A DNA stretch of 64,000 nucleotides, from NCBI GenBank assembly GCA_905181725.1, contig CAJIYX010000052.1, positions 12,139 to 76,138 of the forward strand, given 5' to 3'. A program made the position numbers and the translations under genes. The notes under the pieces were generated by a model that worked only from the letters and a program-made list of their open reading frames with translations, did not search any database and was not told the DNA's origin. Each line of letters begins with the position of its first letter. Position 1 is the stretch's first letter. Below are positions 42,646 through 52,371 of this stretch, in pieces. The stretch is from Alphaproteobacteria bacterium UBA830 (GTDB lineage: Bacteria > Pseudomonadota > Alphaproteobacteria > MPNO01 > UBA830).

Positions 42646-43491
42646 TTACGATTGACCACCGCTGCAATTGATCACATCTCCGGTCACGAAGCTTGCGTCA
42701 TCCGATGCCAGAAAGGCGACGGCGGCGGCATGTTCGTCGGGCACCCCACGGCGGTGCAGCGATTGCTGAGAGCGAATGTCGGCAACCATTTCCTGGCGAA
42801 ATTCTTCGGCCTGTTCCTGTTCGAGGCCTTCGGCCATGACACCGGCACCAAGAAACTGCCGCGGCGTTATCCGGTCGGGAATGTCCGTGCCACCCGGCGA
42901 CAGCGTATTCACCCGAATACCATACCGCCCATATTCCATGGCCAGTACCTTGCCGAGCGCCAGAATGCCGCCTTTGCTCGACGCATAAGGTGCCCGATAA
43001 AGCCCGCGCACCGACTGCGAGCCTATATTTATGATCGAGCCTGCTTGCTGTTCCATCATGATCGGCAATACGGCCCGGCAACCCCAGAGGGTCGGCAGCA
43101 GGGAACGCTCGAGTTCCAGCTTTACCTCTTCTTCGGTATACAGATGAAAGGGCTTCATCCAGATCGTACCGCCAACATTGTTGACGAGCACGTCGATCTG
43201 GCCGAACGCCTTCATCGCCAGGTCCATCATCTCCTCGGCACCCGAAAATGTGCTCAGATCGACGAGCGCCTTGATGGCGCCAACACCGTGCTCAGTCAGT
43301 TCGTCGGTTGTCTGGGTGGCGCCTTCATCGACCCGGTCCGCGACGACAATCTTGCCGCCTTCCTGACCCAGCCGCCGGGCAATTGCCCGCCCAATGCCCT
43401 GCCCGGCGCCGGTGACGATACAGACCTTGTTCTTTAACCGGCGTGCACCGGCAGCTCTTGGATCGAGTTCATCAGCCAAATTCAGCTCCAT
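42646..43491 (-). CDS. SDR family oxidoreductase (cis-diol dehydrogenase BenD/CmtB-like)
   Basis: KVCIVTGAGQGIGRAIA, catalytic YASSKGG. Confidence 0.8.
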   Translation of the reverse strand: MELNLADELDPRAAGARRLKNKVCIVTGAGQGIGRAIARRLGQEGGKIVVADRVDEGATQTTDELTEHGVGAIKALVDLSTFSGAEEMMDLAMKAFGQIDVLVNNVGGTIWMKPFHLYTEEEVKLELERSLLPTLWGCRAVLPIMMEQQAGSIINIGSQSVRGLYRAPYASSKGGILALGKVLAMEYGRYGIRVNTLSPGGTDIPDRITPRQFLGAGVMAEGLEQEQAEEFRQEMVADIRSQQSLHRRGVPDEHAAAVAFLASDDASFVTGDVINCSGGQS

Positions 43492-43554
43492 TGGTAGCGC
43501 GCCGCTGAAACCCCAAGGATGAGCGGGGCTGAGCGATGCTGTTATCCGCCCAGA

Positions 43555-44922
43555 TCAGATCGATATATGGGCGACGCCCTTCCTGACCTTCATTGGGTCT
43601 CCCGGGGCCTCGTTGAAAGGTATCTCACGGGGCAGCTCGAACGAGGCGGAGCGTACCGCCTGCGAGGCTTCATCCAGGCCGGGCGGCGGTTTTCCCGTTT
43701 CCAGGTCGCGGGCGGCATCGTGCAACTGGTGTCGCGCCATGAAGATGGCCTTGTCGGTCATGACCAGGTTCTCTCCGGTGCGGTCCTGAACGGTGCCCAT
43801 GCTTTCCTGCAGGGATGCGTCCTGCATCGCGATGCCTTTGACACCACTGAATGATGTCCGTGCCTTCTGCGCTTCACGGTCCATCATATAGTCGTTGTCC
43901 CTGTTCATCACCGGTCGGAACGTCCCTGGAATCAGCTCGACATGAAGGCTGCCACCGTCGCGCATAACGCCGAGTTCCAGATCATTCAGCGGACGCGATG
44001 GGTGATACGAAAAGGTCCAGGCAAAGCAGTTCTCATCGTCGATCGGCACCCAGGCATGACCGTGCAGCGGGTTGTCACCATAAGGCGGCACGATCGTATA
44101 CCAGGGCATGATCCACGGTGTGACCCGCCAGTAGTAATTCTCGTTTCCGGCATTGCGCCGTACGCCGATGTTCAGACCACCCTGCGATTCGACGATTTCG
44201 AATTTTGGCGCCAGGTCGGCGAGGTGATAGTCAGATCCCTTTGATCCGTGGTGCAGGGGATCGCTCCGAAGCTCCCCGCTATGTAGGAAGGCGACGTGGC
44301 TCGAATCAATCCCGCCTTCCAGTGCCTGCAGATAATTGCATTCCTCGAGGCGTTTCGAATGGAAACGCTGGTTCGCGGGCACTGTGGCCCATTCGAATGC
44401 CGGCGGTGTCGGCTGTTCTTCGGGCGGGCCCATATAGGTCCAGATGATGCCACCCCGCTCGACACATGGATAGGATGTCAGCGCGATTTCCGCACAGAAA
44501 CGGCTCTCCGGGGGCTCTGACGGGATTTCCGTACACTGGCCGGCGACGTCGTATTTCCAGCCGTGGTAGGGACAACGGATGCCGCCCTCTTCATTGCGGC
44601 CGAACCACAACGAAATGCGGCGGTGGGCGCAGAACTCTTCGATCAGTCCCAGCTTGCCATCGCTGTCGCGAAAGGCCAGCAACTGTTCGGACAGCAATTT
44701 GACGCGGACAGGCGCGCAATCCTTCTCGGCCACCTCGTGGGAGAGCAGGAACGGTATCCAGTAACGGCGGAACAGGTTGCCGGTCGGGGTGCCGGGACCG
44801 GTTTCGGTAACCAGTTTGTTCCTGTCATGTGTCAGCACGTGTTTCTCATTCCCCCGCGCACCGCGCGGCTCATTTGCATCGCCTCCGGATCGTCGCCGGG
44901 TCGGCATATTATAGAGCGACAT
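43555..44922 (-). CDS. Rieske non-heme iron oxygenase alpha subunit (VanA/GbcA-like single-component terminal oxygenase)
   Basis: Rieske CAHRRISLWFGRNEEGGIRCPYHGWKYD plus C-terminal mononuclear-iron domain. No beta subunit or reductase nearby. Confidence 0.8.
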   Translation of the reverse strand: MSLYNMPTRRRSGGDANEPRGARGNEKHVLTHDRNKLVTETGPGTPTGNLFRRYWIPFLLSHEVAEKDCAPVRVKLLSEQLLAFRDSDGKLGLIEEFCAHRRISLWFGRNEEGGIRCPYHGWKYDVAGQCTEIPSEPPESRFCAEIALTSYPCVERGGIIWTYMGPPEEQPTPPAFEWATVPANQRFHSKRLEECNYLQALEGGIDSSHVAFLHSGELRSDPLHHGSKGSDYHLADLAPKFEIVESQGGLNIGVRRNAGNENYYWRVTPWIMPWYTIVPPYGDNPLHGHAWVPIDDENCFAWTFSYHPSRPLNDLELGVMRDGGSLHVELIPGTFRPVMNRDNDYMMDREAQKARTSFSGVKGIAMQDASLQESMGTVQDRTGENLVMTDKAIFMARHQLHDAARDLETGKPPPGLDEASQAVRSASFELPREIPFNEAPGDPMKVRKGVAHISI

Positions 44923-45169
44923 GACAAGGTCGGCTATTCTGATTAGCTGAAATGTTCGGCAGATTTCACTCGTGCAACACACGATGTCCGGCAGCCTCGG
45001 AAGTCAGCGCGGCACCAGCAATGAGATATCGCCCTGCTCTCACCATAGCGAAAAGTCGGAAAGAACCGCGCGGGCTCCTCGGTCGAGAGTAATTGTCGGG
45101 AGCGGGTTCCGCGTTATCTGAAATCGGGGACCGGATTCGTCTTAGCCTGATGTCACTGTGACGCCGCTA

Positions 45170-45632
45170 TTACGGGCTCTGCCAACTCGTGGGTATCGCT
45201 GCTATGACAATCGAGTAATCGGTTGCACTCGAACTCAATTCGGTTTCTCCGAACGCGGGCGGATTGAAACTCGCCATGGCATTTCGCAGGGCTTCGACAT
45301 TTTCTGCGGCAAGCGTGTAGCCGTTACCGTCGTCCAGATCGAGCCGGTTGGATGTCCCGCTATACCATTCATCAACGGTAACGCTGTCGGTCGTCCCTAT
45401 TACGGATACCTCCAGATCATTCCCGACCTGTCGGAACCAGAGTTGATCGTCGTCGATGGTCGACCCGAAAAGAACGAGGCCCATCAGCGCAAGATTGACG
45501 GCCCCGACGAGCAGTTCGAGTGTCTGGACGCCGTAAAATACGGTGCCGAAGTTTCCGCTATCTGCCAGATGTGCCAGGAATACGGCTGAGGGTACCAAGA
45601 CGATTAGTACGTTTCCGACGATCAGCGGCATG
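45170..45632 (-). CDS. hypothetical membrane-anchored protein
   Basis: MPLIVGNVLIVLVPSAVFLAHL... then a soluble domain. No family recognised. Confidence 0.35.
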
Positions 45633-45732
45633 CGTTTTTCTTGGCCGAAATCCGTGGGTCGGCCCAGCCTTTGCCGAGCGACATGCCTGTCGCTCCGATC
45701 ATGATCAGGCAAGAAATCAGGACAATTATCTA

Positions 45733-45867
45733 CTATAAAATGGCGTTTTCGACCGCAGCGATATCGGCGTGGCTGCCCAAGGTTTCCGATATGAGCGTGG
45801 ACAGCCAGAACGTCAGAATCGTCAGGAAAGCGATGATGCCGGCGATTGCATGAATACGGATCTTAAT
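45733..45867 (-). CDS. small hydrophobic peptide (45 aa) ending in tandem stops TAG-TAG
   Basis: MIKIRIHAIAGIIAFLTILTFWLSTLISETLGSHADIAAVENAIL, GGAAGG ~10 nt upstream. Confidence 0.3.
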   Translation of the reverse strand: MKIRIHAIAGIIAFLTILTFWLSTLISETLGSHADIAAVENAIL

Positions 45868-45871
45868 CATT

Positions 45872-46312
45872 TCATTTGCCTTCCATGGGGGAGGGGCGCG
45901 CGTCCAGATAGTCCCTACAGAGCGCGTCCAGCGCCTCGAGAAGCGTAAATGCTTCGCGCAACTGGGCGGGCGGTAGTCCGGCAAAGGCTTTGTTGGCCCA
46001 TTGCGCGTATACCTTGTCCGCCTGGTGGTAGGTTTTCTCACCCGCCAAGGTCAGGCGTATGAGCTTCGCACGTTTGTGGTGGGGGTTATCGTCAAAGATG
46101 ATGAGATCTGCGGTGTTGAGATCGTTCGCGACCCGCTGTACAGCCTGACGCGACAGTCCTAGATTTCGGGCGATCTGGGGGACGGTAACATCGCTCTCCG
46201 ACAGTACAATAGATCCCATGACCTGCCAGCGCGCACTTGTCAGATTGAATGGCTGAACCATGCGATCACCAAGTGCAATCAGGTGGCCGTGGAGCCGGAA
46301 CGTGGCGGACAT
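45872..46312 (-). CDS. MarR family transcriptional regulator
   Basis: wHTH ...SARWQVMGSIVLSESDVTVPQIARNLGLSRQAVQRVANDL.... Confidence 0.75.
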   Translation of the reverse strand: MSATFRLHGHLIALGDRMVQPFNLTSARWQVMGSIVLSESDVTVPQIARNLGLSRQAVQRVANDLNTADLIIFDDNPHHKRAKLIRLTLAGEKTYHQADKVYAQWANKAFAGLPPAQLREAFTLLEALDALCRDYLDARPSPMEGK

Positions 46313-46440
46313 CGTGTCGGTTGCGGCGGTGGCCTGGGGACTGAGTTCGGATGTTTTAATGAGGCCCTCTTCTGACAATTGATTGCGATAATGACAATAT
46401 ATTGTCGAATCAGATTTATTCAACTCTTCAAAATATTTTG

Positions 46441-46472
46441 GACAAAAAAGGGGCGGATCAAAGATCCGCCCC
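46441..46472 (-). terminator. rho-independent terminator-like hairpin downstream of the peroxiredoxin gene
   Basis: GGGGCGGATC-aaa-GATCCGCCCC perfect 10-bp stem followed on the minus strand by TTTTTTGTC. Confidence 0.7.
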
Positions 46473-46496
46473 AGAGTACTATATTGCCGATTTCCG

Positions 46497-46949
46497 CTAT
46501 TTCATGCCGTCCAGATCGGCGATGATTTCGGCGGGGTGATCCGCCGGTTTTACCGCGTCGTAGGATGCAACGACCTTGCCGTCGGGGCCGATCAGCACCG
46601 ACTTGCGGGGCGAACGGGGGCTGTCTGGCTCCGATACGCCAAAGGCGACTGATACCGCACCGTCCTCGTCGCTCACGAGGTCATAGGGAAAATAGAATTT
46701 TTCACGGAACGCACCATTATCGGCCGGGCTGTCATAGCTGACGCCGAGGATGGAAGCGTTACGGTCTTCAAAGTCCTGGATTCGATCACGGAACCCGTTG
46801 CCTTCGATCGTTCAGCCAGGTGTGTCGGCTTTTGGGTACCACCAGAGCAAGACGTAGCGGCCGGTGAAGTCGTCTTTCTTCACCGCAGCGCCGTCCTGGT
46901 TCGGGAGGCTGAAATCGGGCGCGTCAACGCCGGCGGCAATCAATGCCAT
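46497..46949 (-). CDS. Bcp-type 1-Cys peroxiredoxin with TGA at the peroxidatic Cys codon (46812-46814): selenoprotein candidate or nonsense pseudogene
   Basis: Not in the ORF track. GGAG RBS, ATG 46949. MALIAAGVDAPDFSLPNQDGAAVKKDDFTGRYVLLWWYPKADTPG, TGA, then TIEGNGFRDRIQDFEDRNASILGVSYDSPADNGAFREKFYFPYDLVSDEDGAVSVAFGV...IIADLDGMK, stop TAG. The TGA sits exactly where the Prx T-P-G-C-T motif has Cys. Confidence 0.6.
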
Positions 46950-47063
46950 TCAGGTTTCTCCATCGGTTAGGGTTTACGGGATGAGCCTATCATCTGCCCG
47001 CGGAGTCCGGAATGCAGTCATAAAAAAAACCCGGTGACAGGCACCGGGTTTTTTGTGGGTCGT

Positions 47064-47253
47064 AAATCAGAGGTTAGACAAAATCGGGTTCGCTGCGTTT
47101 CCGGCAGCGCAGGCACAAACGATTATGCCATCCCTCGCTTGCAAATTTTTCACTGCATGACATGCATTTGCGGTCGATCGGAACGTCCGTGGCCGCGCGG
47201 TGGTCCAAGACAATTTCTTCAGCATCCAATGAACCGGTGTTCGATTCGCTCAT
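47064..47253 (-). CDS. small zinc-ribbon protein (CxxC...CxxC), 59 aa
   Basis: Strong RBS AAGAGGGAG. MSESNTGSLDAEEIVLDHRAATDVPIDRKCMSCSEKFASEGWHNRLCLRCRKRSEPDFV. Not in the ORF track. Confidence 0.5.
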
Positions 47254-47743
47254 TTAAAGGCTCCCTCTTTGCGTCGTCAGTTGTAAGTCAGTCGTCAGAT
47301 CGTCCGTTGTCCCTGCCACTTATTTTTCGTGGCATGTTCTTAATATCCGCACTCATCGGCTTATCGCCTTCGGCAACACCTTTTTCGATCAAATTTTAGC
47401 CGGACCGTCCCTTCTTGAGCCGAAGGGCGGTCGCTGTGGCATTGCTATTCCTTACTGTCCCATCCTGCCGTGTATCCGGTTAGATATCGTTTTCTGACGG
47501 AACACCCTGTAGCCGCCGACACCCCAATTTTTTGAGTGTACCGACAAAACACAGAATATCACGGGTTTAGCTTTGGGGGGTAATGAATCTGTAAATATTT
47601 CTGAATTTTAACCAAAATTGACCCTCTCAACGGGCCATACAAGGCAAATAATCCGGAGTCCGGGCCGGGGTCTGTGGACAACTGGTCGAATCATCCACAG
47701 GCTACTCCCCGTCTATCTCTCGACCAGCCCGACCTATGGTCGG

Positions 47744-48166
47744 TCAGAAACTCTGGCTACCCGGAATGGCGGCGATAGCCTCCATCGCGACTTCGCGATC
47801 CTGTTCGCCCGTGCCGGACCCGACGCCGACACCGCCAATGCAGTGACCGCCCACGATAATCGGCAGTCCGCCCGGCAGATTGATCCGCTGGCCGTCGGTC
47901 CCGAGGGCAAGCTTGATGGCAACGTCATCCTGCATTCCGCCTGTCGGCGCGCCATAGCACGCAGCCGTCTTTGCCTTGCGGAGCGATGTCTCGAGAGACA
48001 TGTGGAACGCGCCGTCCATCCGCACGAATGCCAGCAGATGCCCACCGGGATCGACGATGGAAATACATTGCGGCTGGCCCATCGCGGTTGCCTTTGCGAT
48101 TCCGGCGTTTAGGGCGGCCAGCGCGCCCTCATGGGACAGTTTCAGGGATGCGGATGTCTCGGCCAT
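47744..48166 (-). CDS. heme-binding protein (GlcG/HbpS-like, DUF336)
   Basis: 140 aa, ...GGLPIIVGGHCIGGVGVSGG-like motif. Confidence 0.8.
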   Translation of the reverse strand: MAETSASLKLSHEGALAALNAGIAKATAMGQPQCISIVDPGGHLLAFVRMDGAFHMSLETSLRKAKTAACYGAPTGGMQDDVAIKLALGTDGQRINLPGGLPIIVGGHCIGGVGVGSGTGEQDREVAMEAIAAIPGSQSF

Positions 48167-48231
48167 TGGGTCTCTCCTAAGTTATGTTGGGGAGAGTGTT
48201 CCAGTTCGTCATCGGTGGCGCAAGACGGGTG

Positions 48232-49461
48232 TCAGCCGGCTTTCTCGCCCGCACTATTTTGTTCCTCAACCGGGCGTGCGAGAGGTGCTTCGTCGATTCC
48301 CCAGTGAATGAGGGCGGCCGCGCCACCCAGTGCGATTGCGATCCACCATACGGCGTCATAGGTACCGTAAAGGTCGTAGAGAATTCCCCCAAGTGCTACG
48401 CCGGTAAAACTTCCAAGCTGGTGGCTGAGAAACACGATCCCGAACAGGGTTCCCATGTATCGCGGCCCGAACACCTGGGCAACGATCCCGCTCGTGAGTG
48501 GGACCGTGGAAAGCCATAGCAAGCCCATAATGGCGGCGAAGCCCAGCACCGTCACCGCGTTAACCGGCAGGTAGATGAACGTCATGAACAAAACCGCGCG
48601 GGCAAGATAGAGCAGACATAAAAGGTTTTTTTTGCTCCAGCGCGATCCCATGCGCCCGGCGATAATCGTGCCGACAATGTTAAACAGACCGATGGTGCCG
48701 AGTGCCCAGGCAGCGAGATAGTTATCCGCACCCGCGTCGTTCAGAAAACCGGGAAGGTGGGTGCCGACGAACTGGACGTGGAAGCCACACACGAAAAAAC
48801 CCATTACCAGAAGCAGGTATCCACGGTGCCGGATGGCTTCGCGCAACGCGGTCGACAGGCTCTGATGATCTGGCTGCGCCAGGGTCTCAGCACTGCCGGC
48901 TTTCATCGAAAGGGCCAGTGGGATGGCGACAGCGACCATGATCGCCAGGATCACCAGCGCTTCCGACCAACCGAACGATCCGATCAGTGCGGTGCTGGTG
49001 GGCGCGAAGACGAACTGCCCGGCGGATCCGCCCGCGGTCACGATGCCGAGCCATAAGACCCGCGACTGCGCCGGCGCAACACGACCCACTAGGGCGAGCG
49101 GCAAGGTAAAGCCGACACCGGCCGCACCCAACCCGACCACGAAGCCCGCGGACAGGATCATGCTTTCCGGCGTCGTGGAAATCGAAATTAGTGCCATGCC
49201 GATTGCGTAAAGGGCGGCAGATACCGCGATGACACGTATCGGCCCGATGCGGTCGCCAATGGCGGCGACAAAGGGCGCGGCACAGCCCATGACGAGATTC
49301 TGGATTGCAATCGCCCAGGCGAATTCACTGCGGCCCCAGCCGAGTTCTGTACTGATGGGCACGATAAACAGGCCGAAGCTCTGACGTGATCCGTTGGCGA
49401 TCAGGATAATCGCGGTCGCCGCGAACAGAACGAATACGGGGCTACGCCAGAATGCTGTCAT
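48232..49461 (-). CDS. MFS transporter
   Basis: 409 aa, 12 TM. Confidence 0.8.
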   Translation of the reverse strand: MTAFWRSPVFVLFAATAIILIANGSRQSFGLFIVPISTELGWGRSEFAWAIAIQNLVMGCAAPFVAAIGDRIGPIRVIAVSAALYAIGMALISISTTPESMILSAGFVVGLGAAGVGFTLPLALVGRVAPAQSRVLWLGIVTAGGSAGQFVFAPTSTALIGSFGWSEALVILAIMVAVAIPLALSMKAGSAETLAQPDHQSLSTALREAIRHRGYLLLVMGFFVCGFHVQFVGTHLPGFLNDAGADNYLAAWALGTIGLFNIVGTIIAGRMGSRWSKKNLLCLLYLARAVLFMTFIYLPVNAVTVLGFAAIMGLLWLSTVPLTSGIVAQVFGPRYMGTLFGIVFLSHQLGSFTGVALGGILYDLYGTYDAVWWIAIALGGAAALIHWGIDEAPLARPVEEQNSAGEKAG

Positions 49462-49567
49462 GTGAGGGAATTCCAGGGGCGATCAGAATGTCTCAGAGGA
49501 GTATTCCATTCATACTTGCAAGGAGAAAGTGACGGTCAGCGCTGCCGTTCTGCATCCGATGGCAGGA

Positions 49568-50737
49568 TCAGCCGTTGTCGCGTTCCAGCGTGTGAATTTC
49601 CGCGCCCGCCTCGATTTCATCCGCCTCGGCGCCTTCGCCAAGTTCGATCTGCTCGATCTTCTCGCCGCGACTGGTGACCTTGTTGGTCGAAATGGTGATG
49701 TCATCGATGTCTTTCTCGGCCTGCTTGAAGTGCTTTTTGAGGTTGCCAACGCGCTCGTCGATGCGCTCCACGTCGATCAGTATCTTGCGCACTTCAGTTT
49801 GAATGACGCCGGCCTGTTCCTGCATTGATGCGTCCTTCAGGACAGCGCGGATCGTGTTCAGCGTCGCCATCAGGGTCGTCGGCGATACGATCCAGACCTT
49901 GGCCCGGTGGGATTTCTCCACCGTCGCCTGGTGGTTGGCGTAGAGTTCAGCATAGACGGCCTCGGACGGCAGGAACATCAGGGCCGATTCGGCCGTTTCC
50001 TCCGGAACGATATAGCGATCTGCAATATCGCGAACATGCTTTAGCACGTCAGCCGCAAAGGCGCGGGAATACTGGGTCTTTGCTGTGTCGTCCGTCGCGT
50101 TACGCAGCGCATGATAGCTTTCCAGTGGGAACTTCGCATCGACGGCGATCGCGCCGGGCGGGTTGGGCAGCATCAGCAGGCAGTCGACGCGCTTGCCGTT
50201 GGTCAGGGTCTGCTGAAAGGAATAGGCGGATGGCGGCAGGGCTGATTTCACCAGATCCTGCAACTGCACTTCTCCGAAGGCGCCGCGCGCATGGCGGTTG
50301 GACAGCACATCCTGAAGCTGGACGACCTGTTCGGACAGCCCGGTGATGTTCTTCTGGGCAACGTCGATAACGGCCAGGCGTTCCTGCAGCTTGGTCATGG
50401 TCTCCGACGATTTGACGCTGGACTGCTGCAGCGAATCGCCGACCTTCTTCGTCACGTCCGCGAGGCGTGCTTCAAGCGTTTTGGTGATCGCAATTTCCTG
50501 GTTCTGCAGGCGTTCGGACAAGGCCTTCTGGCTCGCTGCATCGGCTTCGGCGATTTGTGACAGGCGTCCCGCAAGTTCCGACTGGGCGGCGATCAGCCGT
50601 TCTGTCGTCCGGGTCATCTGCTCGGTCTGTTCATCTGCCTGACCATCGTTGCGGCCATTGCCGCGCAGAAGGGCGAAAGCCGCGACGCCAATGGCGGCAG
50701 CGGCAATCAAAAGCGCAATAATCGTCACAGGATCCAC
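49568..50737 (-). CDS. rmuC: DNA recombination protein RmuC
   Basis: 389 aa, N-terminal TM then coiled coil then the RmuC nuclease-like C-terminus. Confidence 0.85.
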   Translation of the reverse strand: MDPVTIIALLIAAAAIGVAAFALLRGNGRNDGQADEQTEQMTRTTERLIAAQSELAGRLSQIAEADAASQKALSERLQNQEIAITKTLEARLADVTKKVGDSLQQSSVKSSETMTKLQERLAVIDVAQKNITGLSEQVVQLQDVLSNRHARGAFGEVQLQDLVKSALPPSAYSFQQTLTNGKRVDCLLMLPNPPGAIAVDAKFPLESYHALRNATDDTAKTQYSRAFAADVLKHVRDIADRYIVPEETAESALMFLPSEAVYAELYANHQATVEKSHRAKVWIVSPTTLMATLNTIRAVLKDASMQEQAGVIQTEVRKILIDVERIDERVGNLKKHFKQAEKDIDDITISTNKVTSRGEKIEQIELGEGAEADEIEAGAEIHTLERDNG

Positions 50738-50928
50738 TACAGTTATATAACACGAACCTGCAGCGCCGGGGCGAATCGGATCGGGGCGGGCGCACGCCTG
50801 CTGCCGGTATCACCGCCAACGTGAGGACAGACGTGCGGGCGGAACTGAGCGTAGACCTGAGCGCAGACTTGACCGGCTAGGCGCAACCGCATACCTAACG
50901 CGTTCTGTTAAAGAGGTAATTCGCTCCG

Positions 50929-51453
50929 ATGGCCTTACTGCCCATCATCACCGCGCCTGATCCGCGCCTGAAGCTCGTTGCATCGCGTGTCGACGCCGTC
51001 GATGACGGGGTTCGGCGCCTGATGGACGACATGCTGGAAACCATGTACGAGGCGCCCGGCGTTGGGCTGGCTGCGCCGCAGGTGGGTGTGTTGAAGCGGG
51101 TGATCGTCGCGGACGTTGCGCGGTCCGGGGAGGCGCCGCAGCCGATGCTGATGGCCAACCCGGAAATCATCGAGGCGTCTCAGGAACGGGTCATGTTCGA
51201 GGAGGGCTGTCTTTCATTGCCCGAGCATTTCGCCGATGTAAAGCGGCACGAACGGATACGGATCCGGTATCTTGACCGCGAAAACGAGATTCGGGAACAG
51301 GATGTGGAAGGATTTCTCGCAACCTGCGTTCAGCATGAGATCGACCATCTCGACGGTGTCCTGTTCGTCGATCATATCTCGGGCCTCAAACGCGGGATGA
51401 TTATGCGCAAGCTGACCAAGCTTAAAAAACAAGACGTCAAAGCCGACGCCTGA
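50929..51453 (+). CDS. def: peptide deformylase
   Basis: GVGLAAPQVG, EGCLS, HEIDHLDG motifs. Confidence 0.9.
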   Translation: MALLPIITAPDPRLKLVASRVDAVDDGVRRLMDDMLETMYEAPGVGLAAPQVGVLKRVIVADVARSGEAPQPMLMANPEIIEASQERVMFEEGCLSLPEHFADVKRHERIRIRYLDRENEIREQDVEGFLATCVQHEIDHLDGVLFVDHISGLKRGMIMRKLTKLKKQDVKADA

Positions 51454-51465
51454 GGGAGAGGGCCA

Positions 51466-52371
51466 ATGCGTCTGATCTTTATGGGGACGCCGGATTTCGC
51501 GGTTCCCGCGCTTGCCGCCCTGGTCGATGCCGGCCACGACGTGGTCTGTGTCTATTCGCAACCGCCGCGGCCCTCGGGTCGCGGCCACAGGGAGCAGCCG
51601 TCTCCCGTCCAGAAATATGCGCAAGCTCAGGGTATCGACGTCAGATACCCGGTGAGCCTCAAGGCCGCCGACGCCCAGGCCGATTTCGCCGCGCTCAATG
51701 CAGATGCGGCCGTCGTCGCCGCCTACGGGCTGATCCTGCCCAAAGCCATCCTCGACGCCCCGGCCCTCGGCTGTCTCAATATTCACGCATCGTTGCTGCC
51801 GCGCTGGCGCGGTGCGGCGCCGATCCAGCGCGCCATCCTTGCCGGCGATACGGAAACCGGCGTTACCATCATGCAGATGGATGAAGGGCTCGATACCGGG
51901 CCGGTGCTGATGACGGGAAAGTTTCCCATCGGGAATGAGACAACCGCATCCGATGTGCATGACGCGTTAGCCGCGCTTGGCAGAGAGCTGATTGTGCAGG
52001 TGCTGTCCGCCGATCTGCCGACACCGGAGCCGCAACCCGGAGACGGCTCGACCTACGCGCCGAAGCTCGACCGCGCCGAGGGCCGGATCGACTGGACGGA
52101 GTCTGCGGCCACGCTGGATCTTAAAATCCGGGCGCTCAATCCCTGGCCGGGGGTCTGGTGTGAGCGCGATGACGTGCGTCTTCGTGTCCTTGCCGCGAAG
52201 CCCGTTCCCGGCTCCGGCGAACCCGGCACCGTGATCGATGCGCCGCTGACTGTTGCATGCGGCGACGGTGCTTTGCGGCTGGACCGGGTGCAACGTGCCG
52301 ACAAATCGGCGATGTCCGCGGATGAATATGCGCGCGGCAATCCGGTTCCGGCCGGCACGGTCCTGCAATGA
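51466..52371 (+). CDS. fmt: methionyl-tRNA formyltransferase
   Basis: 301 aa, immediately after def. Confidence 0.9.
   Translation: MRLIFMGTPDFAVPALAALVDAGHDVVCVYSQPPRPSGRGHREQPSPVQKYAQAQGIDVRYPVSLKAADAQADFAALNADAAVVAAYGLILPKAILDAPALGCLNIHASLLPRWRGAAPIQRAILAGDTETGVTIMQMDEGLDTGPVLMTGKFPIGNETTASDVHDALAALGRELIVQVLSADLPTPEPQPGDGSTYAPKLDRAEGRIDWTESAATLDLKIRALNPWPGVWCERDDVRLRVLAAKPVPGSGEPGTVIDAPLTVACGDGALRLDRVQRADKSAMSADEYARGNPVPAGTVLQ

Noticed and set aside
42544-43437. 297-aa plus-strand ORF
   Set aside because: Antisense to a well-conserved SDR gene on the minus strand.
45727-45735. Consecutive in-frame TAG TAG on the minus strand
   Set aside because: Initially counted as a gene disruption. 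More simply read as a tandem double stop ending a small membrane-peptide ORF, with the next gene starting at ATG ~45632.
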